From positions 21,080,001 to 21,144,000 of the forward strand of contig CM114271.1 in the NCBI GenBank assembly GCA_050084515.1: 64,000 nt of DNA. Direction: 5' to 3'. The stretch is from Blasia pusilla. Its lineage: Eukaryota. This document shows, in pieces, positions 1 to 13,074 of the stretch. Position numbers and translations under genes: made by a program. Every line of letters starts with the position of its first letter. Positions within the stretch are counted from its first letter, which is position 1. Under the pieces are notes generated by a model. The model was not told the origin of the DNA. It ran no database searches and saw only the letters and a program-made list of their open reading frames with translations.

Positions 1-1744
1 TCCGGTTCAATAAAGACTCGGAACGTCTTGCAAGTATTTGTGGCATTCAATCCGAGACGATCATTCTCGCACGAAATCGCCTCATGGACCAGCCTTGCTC
101 AGTTCATGTGGAGAAATTCCGTGACTTTCAGATCAATCAGATTCACCTTCATTATCCATTATCTCTACTGCAAGGAGTAGAGAGAATTGAACAAGAACTT
201 GTGGGAAACAGCGATCGGACCAGAATGTGATTGAACTAATGACTGCGTTGGCACACGCACGTTTCTTCTAAGCGAAGAAGGCTCTCAGTTTGAAAACATG
301 AACCAAGCGAATTATGATCTTCAGGGAGAGGAACAGATCATACCTCCGTCGTAAATAATCCTGGACTTCCCTCACTCGTTAACGGCTCCACACCTTCCTG
401 TCCACCGAGCGATATCGCTGATGAGCTTCTTGCGACGCGCTGCAATACCTAACCATTCCTCTTGACCATTTGGAATTCCGACGACCTGCAAGTAGAAAAT
501 TGGAAGAATATATCATCCAATTACGTGTAGAGCACTGCCAAGCGCTCTACGCGCTAGACGATCTGCAACTTAGATGGAGCGTGCAGACTGCGACGATGAG
601 GAGCAATATGCTGTTTTCTTTTCTTTCTCTATGCGGAAATGTGGAGAATAGGCCGTCCACGGAACGGAGTTCACGGAGGGGCCGCGGTGTCCCGCGTGAT
701 TCCGTGTATTCAATGGAATGCCAACGGAAACGAACGGTGACTGACGGTGTAATGGGGCGTCTCACGGAGCGTCCCGTGGAATCTTCCCGCTCTTTGCCAC
801 GGAGACGTGGACAGAATTTGTTTCTTATGGCCAACACATATATACTTCCCTCGGAGACGAGGTTGCAATGTCAACTTATCCTTAAGACGGATATGTCCAC
901 CCGCAATGTAGACTTGAGCTTGGGTTGGCAAATGACCCGTTGCCCATTCTTACCATCTGTTTTATTACCCGCACCAAGTCCGGACCTTGCTCATAGCGAC
1001 CCGCATCGAGTCGACACGTGGCCCACACTAAGCCCGCCTGGCCACGCAGAACCTACTGCGGGTCGGTGTAGGCCAAGCAAGGGCTTGTAGCCCACACACC
1101 CATTCGATCCCTTAATCTGAGTGCGTACTCGTTCCTGCATTGTAAAGCCCGTGCGGTCGACATGGTAACAAAAAAACTTGGTCGGGGACACGTTGATCAT
1201 GTCCGTTTTGTGCAACCTTGGTTTGAGACACCTTAATAGGCCCATCCACTTCCGTCACCGGTGAGCGATGGACGGGGATGAATTTGGGTCCCATGATATG
1301 TTGCGCGGGGTGCAAGGACAGGAATATGAGTTCATCTTTGACTAGGCTCTTACAAGGAAAAATGGGAACGGGTAATGATCCCGGACCTGTCAAACAAGAT
1401 CACGCTTTAGCGTCTACTCTCACACCCCGTTGGTTCTCACTGAGGAAATGGATTTGAGATCCATGAGTGTGGAAACTCATGAGGGAAAAAAATTGCAAGT
1501 CATTGAGTTTTTGAGTGAGTGTCCATCATAGCACCATATATAGAAGGAAGGAACATGTTTAAGAGATTTGAGTGGAATTGTTGAAGGAGTCATGATTCGT
1601 TTTTTTTTCCTCAAAGAGAGATGAAATGACAAAGTAGATTGGATATCATCTACATTCAGCCTTCTATGAGTGCTTTTTATCTAGTCTCCACTACTAGTAT
1701 TCTTGACTAGTACTTGAACCAAGAACTATTGCTCAACCTTGTTG

Positions 1745-2760
1745 GAGGAGTCCTCCCGACTCCTTGTTGAATCTCAAACAAGTGTTCATAACTTCATCAC
1801 AGATGCGTAGACCCATGTCTCTCAAGTTGCGTGGTGTGAGATTCTCTCCAACGGTAGGCTTTGGTTGTGACTCTAGTAAGATCTCCACATTGGCATTTGT
1901 CCACAAGTCATTTCTATTTGTCACAAAGTTATGGGGGATTGCACTACAAGTTATCAAACTCACTGCATGCTTGCTACTAGGTGCTTTAACCAAATTCGTT
2001 CTCAATTCACAAAGAGAATGCCACCTTGATTTAAGTACGCCATTACAATGCTCATTGACGACCGCGGCGTGTGCAAGGCAAAAATTGAAGTTCTGCTTGT
2101 CTTTGTTTCATGAAGCCATGCAAAAAGGAGGGACCAAATGAGGTAACGGTGAGTATCCACTACCCTCCATGAGGTAGTGACCTCTATCAAAATAGTGTGC
2201 TTGGTTCACCCCTTCCCACAAACCCGAACGCTTCAAGCATATATATGAAGTCTTGGACCGACCCTGACATACCTATGAAAAATACAAGAAAAATTGTGAG
2301 AATACAAGTTTTCTTAACTTGAAACAACATCTGAAATTCAAAGTTGGGAGGTGTTGAACTTGACCTGAGAAAATGAAAATTAAATGCATTTTGTCATCAC
2401 ATACAATTTGCACGTTCAAGGAGTAGTTAGACTTTCTATCATATTAGGTCTCTCTTAAGTTCTTTGGTCACTGACTTGAGCTTGAAAAGTATTCGGTCTA
2501 TCAACCCGACACAACAAGGAAATCCTTTCTCAACAAACTTGGAGGAAATTCTTGCACGCTCCAATTGATTTGGCCATTGGAATCTACTTTTGAGTACATC
2601 TAGCAATGCTTGCATATATGCACCTCCTCGTGTAGTTGATCATGGAATCTTGTTATGTTGGTGTATCAAATATGGGTGTGTGCAATAAATATGGTGTTTT
2701 GGAAATTGTAAATACCCATACTTTATGAACTTTAGAGAGTCGATGCATATCAATTAGCAT
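1745..2760 (-). pseudogene. Decayed PIF/Harbinger (HARBI1-like, DDE_Tnp_4) transposase
   Basis: Minus-strand translation across stops and frameshifts gives GFPCCVGLID (cf. GFPGCIGAIDGT), KSNYSLNVQIVCDDKM, and FNFCLAHAAVVNEHCNGVLKSRW (cf. R..IE..FG.LK.RW). Boundaries approximate. Confidence 0.7.
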
Positions 2761-3875
2761 GTAGTTGCTGCCAATGTAGAAGGAATATTGGAAGTTAAAC
2801 ACATGAGACAATGCCAAACCTTATAGCTTTATTTAAGGTTATAAATGCACATTTACAGGCAAGTTGTATTGAGCAGAACTTTCACGCGGGATTGAACATC
2901 TCCTCCACCACGTAGTGCTTCCTTTAGCTAGATGATCAATGTACTATTACCCACCTAGGAGCTACTAACTTGAGTGTGAATTTCTTGAAGTTGGGTGTGA
3001 ATAACGCCCATATTAGCTGCAATGCCATCAATATCCTTTTGCAAACCTCCAGCCTTTACTAAGATAGCACTCACGATAGTAACCAAATTGTGTTCCACGC
3101 CTTCACTAAGACAATGTTCTCTAAGAGAGGAGGTGATCACATCAATTGATCCAGCTCCTTGTTTATTGATCGACTGAAGCTCTTGACTAACATTCACCAC
3201 GAGTGGAAGTGATTTTCGGGGCGGGATGACATTTTTGAGTTGCGATATGAACAATAGATTCTATAGCTCCTAGTCTATGCTCCAAAAGAAACATCCAAAT
3301 ACCACATGCTTGTGTTTGTGCACAAGAAACTTGATCTTTGATACTCATCTTCTCAAAATCCATGGCAGACATCCCCATAAAAGCATCTCCACCTTGCCAA
3401 ACTATGAACTTGGGAACATTCCGAGGTGTGTGTTCAACCACATCATGATTGATTAAGCCCAAAAAAAAATCAACTTTGTCAATGATCCGTGCTCACCACA
3501 TACATGATTAGTGAATGTCCGGATGTTGCCTTGTGGCTCCACTATCCTATTGTAGTTTCCCATTTGTCTACTTCCCGTGAAGATACTAATTGGGTGTGTA
3601 TATCGCCTTGCCTTATTGGAAACTACTTGCACAACCCTAGCCTTCACCCATGTGGGAGAGAATGCCATATTGGCTACCCTTTAATTTTGCTCCAATATAG
3701 TCAATTTTGACACGCCCATCCCTTGCCTTGGCAACATGCTTGGAAACGCTTCGATTCAGACTAAAAATCAGCGTCCGTGCCTCCCTATCTTCAGCCGCCA
3801 ATGCTAACCCTTCTAAGGTTTCCCGCCTATTTCTACTCTTCCACCTTCAACAACTCCATGCAACCACATCCCGTG

Positions 3876-3982
3876 TGTCATGCGAATCCACATCGTCATA
3901 CAACATACATCGCTGACATACCATACTCACATACATACATAACATAGACGAGAGCATCCACAAACACAAGTGTACCACAACT
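3876..3982 (-). repeat. Element A repeat B2 (3' terminal)
   Basis: Direct copy of 4352-4458 lying outside the LTR-like A2 repeat; ends ...CGCATGACA in element sense. Confidence 0.9.
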
Positions 3983-4349
3983 GAAATCCGTGAAAGACCT
4001 ATTGTCATAAAACACTTATAGAATCACATACAATCGAGCCAAACCCACTCCATGATGGGAGAATCCAGGTCAAAGCTTGCGGAAACCACCATAGCCAAGA
4101 GCTCTACTCACTACCAAGGCTAACTCCCAACGCAATAGGCTCAACTCAAAGAACTAATTGTTCTTTGAGTGCACTCCACACTATATCCTCCAACCTAAGA
4201 GCGGGCCCTATTGGAAAAGTCACCCTCAACTGAGTAATCCCCAACCCTATGTATGAAACCGCATCTCTACCTGGACACTATGGCCCTACATAAGGTATGG
4301 CCTCTACTAGCACACTATACTCTACGACATAATCCGTATGGTCATGACA
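3982..4349 (-). repeat. Element A repeat A2 (LTR-like)
   Basis: Ungapped match to 22028-22395, about 25 mismatches in 368 nt by hand (~93%); starts TGTCATGAC in element sense. Confidence 0.95.
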
Positions 4350-4351
4350 CT

Positions 4352-4458
4352 TGTCGTACAAATCTACATTATCATACAACATACATCGTTGACATACCAT
4401 ACTTACATACATACATAACATAGATGAGAGCATCCACAAACACAAGTGTACCACAACT
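4352..4458 (-). repeat. Element A repeat B1 (internal)
   Basis: Copy of 3876-3982; joined to A2 by ...TACGACA-AG-TGTCATG in element sense. Confidence 0.9.
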
Positions 4459-4656
4459 CGTCCCCCTAACTGGCGGTTAGGTCCCTCTAACTCCCAGGTA
4501 GCCCTATACATCTACTACATGCTATACACCTTAGTGGGTGCACGAACCTACAAATCGATGGTCGATAACCTCCACCCCGAATGGTTGCCTACCGCAACGT
4601 ATCCCTGTGTTGAGCAATGGCAAGATTCTCCAACCAAACCAAAGATTCTCAAAGAT

Positions 4657-5330
4657 TCTCAGCCAAACCATCCGCCTCTAGATGATCTCGAGACGTGGTC
4701 CGATGATCAATCAACGCCTTGTCACACAAGACCTGAAACTCACCCTGAAAAAATGTACCTAGTAGTCGACAAGACGGTGAGTTGGTGCTTCAAAATGACT
4801 AAGCACTCTATCAAGAAATGCATACGCCGTTCCCTCACTTGCCTTGTCAGGTAATGCCACCAACTCAACCAACTTGGAGAAGTGCTCCACCATCACCAAC
4901 ACATATCGATGATGTCATACAGTCAACGGTAACGGTCCCGCAAAGTCCACACTCCAACGGTAACCCAGCCCCATAATAGGCAAGGGGTGTAACTGTGGTG
5001 TAGGGGCATTGAATGATGCCCTCACCCGGTCATAAACCATACAATGTGACACCAACTGCTGCACCTGAGTATGCATGCCATGCCACCAATACTGACCAAG
5101 GAGTAAGCTATACGTACGCTTTACCCCAAAATGTCCCAACTCCTCATGGGCATGTCACACAATGCGCTCTCTCTGAGCCAAATGCGGCACTACTCGTACT
5201 CTACCATCCTTCCACACACGGAGAATATGTGTTCCCTCCAATCGATACCTCTTAGCACGTCGAAGAACATGGTCTCGCTCCTTGGCACTCACTATGCCTG
5301 GCACCCTACTGGTCAGTAGGAACTCTAACA
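4657..5330 (-). pseudogene. Element A DDE integrase, truncated just after the catalytic E
   Basis: HEELGHFGVKRTY...CMVY (decayed HHCC), WSVDFAGP, ...DHRTTSRDHLEADGLAE; homology to element B is lost after this point (no C-terminus or PHD). Confidence 0.85.
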
Positions 5331-6960
5331 CCAATGCATCATCATGAATATCACGCTCATCCATACCACCATCTCCAACCTTAGGATCTGAAGGCTGGCC
5401 ATCTACCCTCTGACTAGAGTAAGATGTCATGTTGTCCTCTATACTAGAATCCACCCCTAACCAACATAAAAAGTCAGATGCATGCCAACCTATAACCATC
5501 TCCTCATCAACCTCGCCATGCCATCTAGCCCCAGTTGCATCCTCTTGGCTAGTACATGGGTTCCTACTCAACCCATCAGCATCAAGGTTGGAAACTCCAA
5601 GTCTATGTACCACATAGAAGTCATACTCCTGTAAGATAAGAGCCCACCGTGCAAGCTTCCCTATAAGCTTGTTAGACTCCATCAACCACTTGAGCGGCTG
5701 GTGATCAGTAACAAGGGTAAATTGTAAGCCAAACAAGTAACACCTAAAGTGTGCCACAACCCACACTACTGCCAAGCACTCTCCCTCATATGAACTATAG
5801 CGCGAATCCACTGCATTATTCGAACGACTTGCATAGGCCACCACAAACTCCATGTGCTCATCATCATGTTGTGTCAACACCGCTCCAAGTCCCAGCCTAC
5901 TCCAATCAGTGTGTAATTGAAATGGGCGCCCTCTGATAGGTCTCCTCAAGATAGGCGCCGTCACCAACTGGGCCTTGAGCTCCACAAAAGCTCTCTCTTG
6001 ATCATCTCCCCAGTGCCACTCCTGATCTGATTTCAACAATTGGTTCAAAGCCTTTGCCATAGCACTAAATCCCTTCACATACCTCCAATAGTAGTTCGCC
6101 AATCCCATGAATGCCCGAACTCTAGTCACATCTACCGGACAAGGAATAAGTGCAATAGCCTCCACCTTTGCTTGCTGAACTCCCAAACCACCTAGATAGA
6201 TCACATGACCAAAGTACTCAACATCCTCATGGAAGAACTTACACTTTCTTGGATGCAAACGTAGACCATGAGCTTTCAACCGCTCAAACACAATATGCAA
6301 ATGTATATGATGCTTCTCCGCGGTGTTATTGAACACCAAGATATCATCAATATAACACCGAACAAAATCCAACCCTACTAAGATCTTGTCCATCACTCTC
6401 TGAAACTCGGTAGGTGCATTCTTCAACCCAAAGGGTAAGAATTTCCACTGGTACAAACAATCCTTGCCATGAAAGTTGACACCCCAAAATGCTGTCTTGG
6501 CCTTGTCACTATCTTGAATTGGCAACTGATGGTATTGTGCCCCAAGATCCAAAGTATTGAAAATCTTTGCCTGTCCCACCACATCAAAGATCTCCTCAGG
6601 TGTAGGCATGGCATACCTATCGGCCTTGGTCTGGCGATTGATTGGACGATAATCTCCACACATCCGCCTATCTGTGTAGTTGCCATGCACATCCTTTCTA
6701 GCAGGCATGACAGTGGCTGATGCATACTCTCGATGCGACAACTCCACTAATCCAGCCTCCAAAAGGTCCAACGTCCTACTCTGAATCAGGTCCCTCTCCA
6801 TATCACTATATCAATAGGGACGACGGAAGATTGGCGAATCACTAGCCAAATCAATCCGTATACCGGGTCTAATCAAAGCACCCAACTCCTTCATGCTAAA
6901 GGCAAAACAACTCCTATAAGCACGTAGGAATTGTGTCAAGCGTCGTTTCTCACCTCCCCT
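5155..6960 (-). pseudogene. Element A reverse transcriptase + RNase H (548-aa ORF 5155-6801)
   Basis: RMCGDYRPIN, LPFGLKNAP, YIDD; RNase H LHTDWS, YEGECLAVV, TDHQPL, DADGLSR. Gypsy-type RT-RH-IN order. Confidence 0.95.
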
Positions 6961-7259
6961 AAGCTTGGGCCGAAGTAATGGCTCCCAAGTCTCCTTCACT
7001 GGCACACTAGAGGGAGAGGACGACGCCATTGGTTGCTAGGCAACCCCCTCACAAGATGGTACATCCTTAGCTACACCATCATCTGAGCAAATAACTCCTC
7101 CACCAGCATGAGCAACCAACTCCACATGCCCAGCCATTACATCCCATTTACTCCAAGGATGCAAAATACTATTCTCCTCGCCCCCAGACGATTTCTCTAC
7201 CGTTCCGATAGCCATCGAGCTCATCACAAGGGGTGGAAGAACCATAGACATAGTCCGAA

Positions 7260-8235
7260 GTTGACGCTGCTTGGCCATCCCAAGACTCAAAATCCAGGTC
7301 AAAAAATTCAGGTCCATGGCCTGACCCAACAGATGACGTCGTGAAGCCTAAAAAATGGAAGCAACCGCTGTCACACCAGTAGCAAATCCCATCGCACGCT
7401 CTCTCTCATCAGCGTTAGGCTCCACCAACTGTCGCACATGAGAATCCCATACAAGCCCGTGACCACCTTCCCTGTAGGCATGTGATGAGGGAAAACTCAC
7501 AAATATGGGTAGTGCCATCCTAGGTTGGCCCACACGACTCACCACTGCCATGGATGACCAATCAATAACCCTCACCACCTGAGAAAGTCGCCCAATATCC
7601 AAGATACTATCCACTGTAGGGCAAGGATCCCGCTGCACTGCATCATATGCTCGACGTAGAACCTCCCTAGGCAACAAGTTTGTCCACCACAAGCGTGGAC
7701 GATGTGCACGCGAGCCAACTCGCGCTGCATCCAACAACACCGCTGGTCCAGTCCAAGACCGCACCTCATGAACACTCGCCATCATCCGGGTCCGAGTGTC
7801 ACCCAACAATGGAACATTCTCTAGAATGTAAGTTGGAGCACATGCTTGATGAACCTGAAGATGTCGTAACACCTGTAACATCTCCCAAAACAATCGAGAC
7901 CTAGGGTTGTGTAATCCCTCACCACGACTAGCACGTGTATGAACATGACATGGCCATCTAGCAATCACCAAATCCACAGGACCAACCCTCTCAAGGTCAT
8001 GCGCCCCCAACAATGCAATGTGTGACGGCAAAGCACGCTGGTACCCACGAATAGTTGATGGCGGCAACAACTCAAGATATCTCCGCATCAACTGACCAAT
8101 ATATCGGGATGAGACTCTCTGGGCCGTCTCATCTCGCTCCACATACACGTATCTCCACACAAGAATACCGGCCTGCAACACTGCAGCCAAACCAGTGCTA
8201 ATCCCACCGAAGAGATCTAACACACAAATGCCCTC
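7260..8235 (-). pseudogene. Element A C5 cytosine DNA methyltransferase domain (DNMT3-like, unpermuted)
   Basis: Motif I VLDLFGGI, II YVERD, IV DLVIA(R)WPC, VI ILENV, VIII RAHRPRLWWTN, IX ERERAMGF, X LLGQAMD (after a frameshift in an A-run near 7350). Confidence 0.92.
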
Positions 8236-8394
8236 CGGCGGATACTACCATATAATGGGTGTAGTATCCAAAGGGGATAACCCAACTGGACCAGAAGTAG
8301 GAGTCCGCCATTGGACCTCCTCTTCCTTGTGAGGTATAATAGCCTCACACCAAGCCTCCTACACTAGGCGATCAGCCTCATGCCGAAGTGCACC

Positions 8395-8880
8395 TGTCAC
8401 ATCTGAGTAGCCGATAGGCCGAGATCTATCGTAGATAGGGCATAGGAGCCAACGGACTATCTTGATTGTAACTTTGTCCCATAGTGTCGGATGAGGTTGA
8501 GGATAGGTCCATTGTGTCAGGAACGTTGTTTCTGACAACTTTCATGTTGAGGTCGTTCACAACCGGATGACTTGTTGACCAGGTCACCCGCCCTTGGTAA
8601 CCTGTGCGCGCAGGTTACCAAGGGGAGAGTTATTTTTAGGGCAAGAGCCAAAAGGCTCTTCCCAACCCTATATAAGAGAGGAAGGTGGCTTTCCTAAGCC
8701 ATCTTTCTCATGTTGGGCCGTTGGAGCACCTCTCTTGTATGTGTGTGAGATAAGACTAGGGTGCTAGCGTCCGGATTCCTTGATAGCATAGGGTGGATAA
8801 GGCTCGATATGTCAATGTAGATTGAGGAGTGGAGTTTTAGGCCGGATGTGCCATTTTTACTACTCTTTATTTTTACATGA
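8395..8880 (+). repeat. Element B repeat A1 (LTR-like)
   Basis: Near-identical to 17325-17808; TATA-like CTATATAAG at ~8668. Confidence 0.95.
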
Positions 8881-9612
8881 GAAAGATGTCAGGGGGCTGG
8901 TGGGATTTGTTGTTTGCAGGTAGGCAAGCGAGTTGCCTTGGTCGGGAGCCTGTGGAGACGTTGGTTGGCGTTGTATTTGTCATTTTTCTGTTTGGAAGAT
9001 TGTGTGCGGGAGCGCTGCTCATTTTTCTCAGAATTTTGCGGGTAACGGATTAGAGTAGAGCAGCATCAGAGTGGCGGACAGGGTGCTTGAGTGTAGCACA
9101 GAGTGTAGCATTGACGGGAGAACGGCCCATGTCGAGAAAGGAGGGCTTTACCTTGCAGTTGCCTGGGGGCTGTTAAGTAAAGACGGCTAGCTAGGTCGCG
9201 GCCGGTCTAGGGTTAGGTCACGGGCGAGGGACCGGAGGACCACAAAGTTGGAAGCCAAGGGTCGCAAGGTTGCAGACAGGCAGACGAGACGAGAGAAGGA
9301 GCCGCGTGGCAATAGGGGGGGGGGCAGCGCATAGGGTCGTGTGCCCACATGCTGATGGCTGAGAGCCGGGCAGCAAGGCAGAGTATGCCGAAGCCGGGCA
9401 ACTGCATAGGGCAGCGAACGGGGTCCGAAGGAGTTGAGGACGCACAAGGGAATCCACAAGCTAGGGCGCCGGGTTGCGAGAGTAGTAGCCAGAAGCTGAG
9501 AGTGTGAAGCTGGGATTAGGGGTACAAACGCATAGGGCTACGTGCCCTCCACGGGCCCTGTAGGCCCAAGGCCGCGGTAGAGAGAGGGTCGCGGGAACTG
9601 AGGAGTTCCTAA

Positions 9613-10004
9613 GGATGAGGTTGAGGATAGGTCCATTGTGTCAGGAACGTCGTTTCTGACAACTTTCATGTTGAGGTCTTTTACAGTCGGGTGACTTGTT
9701 GACCAAGTCACCCGCCCCTGGTAACGTGTGCGCGCAGGTTACCAAGGGGAGGGCTATTTTTAGGGAAAGAGCCAAAAGGCTCTTCCCAACCCTATATAAG
9801 AGAGGAAGGTGGCTTTCCTGAGCCATCTTTCTCATGTTGGGCCGTTGGAGCACCTCTCTTGTATGTGTGTGAGATAGGACTAGGGTGCTAGCGTCTGGAT
9901 TCCTTGATAGCACAGGGTGGACAAGGCTCGATATGTCGATGTAGATTGAGGAGTGGAGTTTTAGGCCGGATGTGCCATTTTTACTACTCTTTATTTTTAC
10001 ATGA
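9613..10004 (+). repeat. Extra internal, 5'-truncated copy of element B repeat A
   Basis: GGATGAGGTTGAGGATAGG...TTTTTACATGA matches 8489-8880. Confidence 0.92.
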
Positions 10005-10668
10005 TGCTACCCCCCCCCTTCTTTTGGACGTGGTTGCGTGGGTGCGCATGGGCAACGTGGTGGAGTTGCAGGGGCTGAACGTGGTAGCGGAGTCCGACAT
10101 GGTACCACAGTTGGAGGGAGTGACGTGGTAAAGTCAGATGTAGTCGGAAGGGAAGACATGGTTGGGATCCGACCTGGGTTATATGCCGCGTGTGGGGATG
10201 GACGGAGAGGTTTGCGCGACATGATGTTTTTGGGGCGCGACCAGGCGTTGCGAGAGTTGACGATGGAGGGGCGGTGCGCATGATGCCGACAGGTTGTCCG
10301 CATTTGTTGACGGGAGGATCGACGTGTTGGTGCAGGAGAGTGTTGTGTTGCAGAGATTATCATATCACGTGGAGGAGTGTATGTTGACGGTGCAGCAGGT
10401 TGGAGGGCGTGATTAGGTTATCCATTCGAGTCCCTTTTCCCGCACTTGTCGTGTATGATTGAGAGTGTTGGGTATCGGGTAGTAGTTGGTGCTAGGTGGG
10501 TGCAGCGATGGTGATGAGTGTAGATTATTTTCATGTGTAGCATGTTGGTGGATATACGGCGGTTACCAGTGAAGAGCTACCTCGACATCCATCTGTGGCT
10601 GGATCGTCATCACTAGACACTCGGTTTGGTGATGAGATCGCAGACAGAGAGAGTAGTACTTGGGAGGA

Positions 10669-12990
10669 GATGGACGACATGGGCCATCGGGGCATGCGTC
10701 GTTTCTCGGGTGCAAAGGGCACCATCGACTTAGATGATTTTATCTAGGAGTTTGACACGTGGTGCGACTTCCAAGAGATACGCACCCCGACACGGTTCAA
10801 CCCTGTCATGGCATGGAAGGGGTTGTTCCAACACTTGGAGGGTCCTCCGATGGATGACTACATGGAGTTTTGATCACTATATTCAGTAGAGATCGATGCC
10901 TGGAGGATGTATTGGGCTCCAGGCATGTGTCCACTGGTGGTCGTGAGGCATATGATGGGATTGTGAGAGGAGAGAGACCCACACCATCAGCCCGATGACT
11001 AGATGGAGAGTAGGGTAGTGAGACAGGCGATGTGGTAGAGACCTCTGGTGGTAGAGGGCCACCTAGCTTCAGCCCCACAGTGGAGTTCTTCTGACAGTTG
11101 GGGAAGAGCTACCAGGGCGTACGCACTGACAAGCTGAAGGGTCTAAAGGATTTTCAACGACGATTGGGTGAGAGTCTGAGAGATGCATTCACACGCATGA
11201 GGAGGCTGATCATTGCTACGTACGGAGTGACTGAGGCGCAGTCACTCAAGTATTGGTACGGGGTTCTGGACCGAGAACTACGGAGGAGAGTCCGAGATGC
11301 GGTGCTGATTCACACAACGAGGCCACATTGAAGGTGGTCTTTGAGTTGTCTGAGCGTATTGAGCTCAACATGAGTGAGGAGCAAGTAGTGATCGCTGGAT
11401 TTTCTCGAGAGTCGACAGGTCCACGAGCGACGGTGACCCCACAGGTGCCACATCGAGCACCAGTACCACGAGAGCGGGCCAGTGTGCCCAGAGAGCAGGG
11501 CGGGTACCGTGAGCCTATGAGGCAACGACCCGTACCTACATATGTTGGTCTTGTTGGACGTGTGGAGGGGCCCATAGGCAAAGAGACTTCCCACAGCATG
11601 GAAGAGGACCACCAGCGCCTCCGATTGCTCAGGAGCCATAGAGGATGACCCCACCATAGCACTTGTGTGACTATTGCCACAGATATGGTCACACTAGGGA
11701 TAGATGTTTGACCTTTGCCGAGGGGCACGTCTAGAGGTATGCCGAGGGCCTAAGGGCGGTCGTCCTGGAGGAGGTCAGGGAGTCCTTCCTGGACGTGGTG
11801 GTAGAGGACCACCACCAGCCAGAGGAGATGGAGTAGGAGCACCAGAGCCAAAACTTCTCTCACACATCGATCAGTTGGAGCAGAGGATTGCTGCCATGAC
11901 GATGATTAGGGAAGGCACAGAGCTGGAGCAGCTAGTGTGACTCCAACTTCTACCTCTTACCCTAACCCGGGTGAGGATCTGCCAGTATGGGATTTATGTG
12001 TAGTGCAGCCCAGGTTGAGGCAGCAGCAATGGTGACTCGGGGTGCTGCGAGAGGCATTGAGCCATCGAGAGGTGGAGTTGAGATTGACCCACCAGAGGGG
12101 ACCGATGGGCGGCAGGCGAGGGTTCCACAATCATTCACATTGTCGGAGGCACTACACACTAGTGGTGCCTACAACTCAGGCACCTACGTTGACGTCACAA
12201 GGAGTTGGAGTGACAACTCCTATGCCGGCTTGAGTGGAGTCAGTGTCAACCATAGTGTTGGAGGTGGCCACCAGAGTGAGTCAGACTCCACTATTTTCTG
12301 CCATAGAGTTGGCGACGTTGGGAGTCGGACCAGTTGAGGTGTTTCGATTGGCGCCATGTTGTGTGAGCGTGGAGAGATGACTGCTTCTTGTTCAGAGGTA
12401 GTTGAGGAGGTGGTGGACTTGCCCTCAGAGCCGGTGCTCGGGATGTTTCCCACAGAGTCATGGCATGCGGCGGTGGCAAAGTTGGTAGATATGCCAGCTC
12501 GACCGGCCATAGAGCAAGCAGTGGTAACACTTGGAGTAGTGTTACTGGATAACCGAGCTGGAGTATTTTGCTTGGTTAGTCCGACAGGGATAGTATACCA
12601 CCCGTAGCGCGTCCTACTTGATTCGGGAGCGCAACCTTTGATGTTAGGGAAGGCGGCGTGTTTAGCGTTGGGATTAGGGAAGGCCGATATTGAGCCTTGT
12701 CCCTTCCAGATACAGACCTCGATTGGGGGCGTGTCATCCACGCAATATATGACTTGAAAAGAGATAGTTGTCAGAGTCCAGCCAGAGCATGCGATGGATA
12801 GTGCTATGGTGCGCACACGTTCGATTACTACACCAGCTGAGTCGTACAATATGTTGGTAGGAAGTACAGTGTTATATCCCCTAGGATTCATCCTAGACTT
12901 CTGGGAGGAGACCGTTGTTTATCGACCAGGGTGGCGGTCAGGTGACAGCCGGATGAGTCAGTTATCCTTGCAGTTTGCGGGACGAGGTGG
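10669..12990 (+). pseudogene. Element B gag (zinc knuckles) + aspartic protease
   Basis: EFDTWCD...AWKGLFQHLEGPPMD shared with A; CX2CX4HX4C knuckle CDYCHRYGHTRDRC at ~11666; protease LLDSGAQPLML at ~12615 and YNMLVG. Confidence 0.85.
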
Positions 12991-13074
12991 TCGATAACGA
13001 AGTGAGTCTGTGATCACGTTGGCGGTAGTGATCCTGCAACTAACACTTCCTAAGGTGAGTCTGTGATCACGTTT

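Noticed and set aside
470-1400. 206-aa ORF and CACGG/CCGTG-rich stretch
   Set aside because: No recognisable domain and a non-ATG start; probably non-coding TE sequence.
2950-3870. Possible degraded minus-strand ORF next to the Harbinger remnant
   Set aside because: Protein-like fragments, but no motif I can name.
9187-10725. Numerous short ORFs in element leaders and antisense to TE or NPF coding regions
   Set aside because: Shadow or chance ORFs without homology signals.
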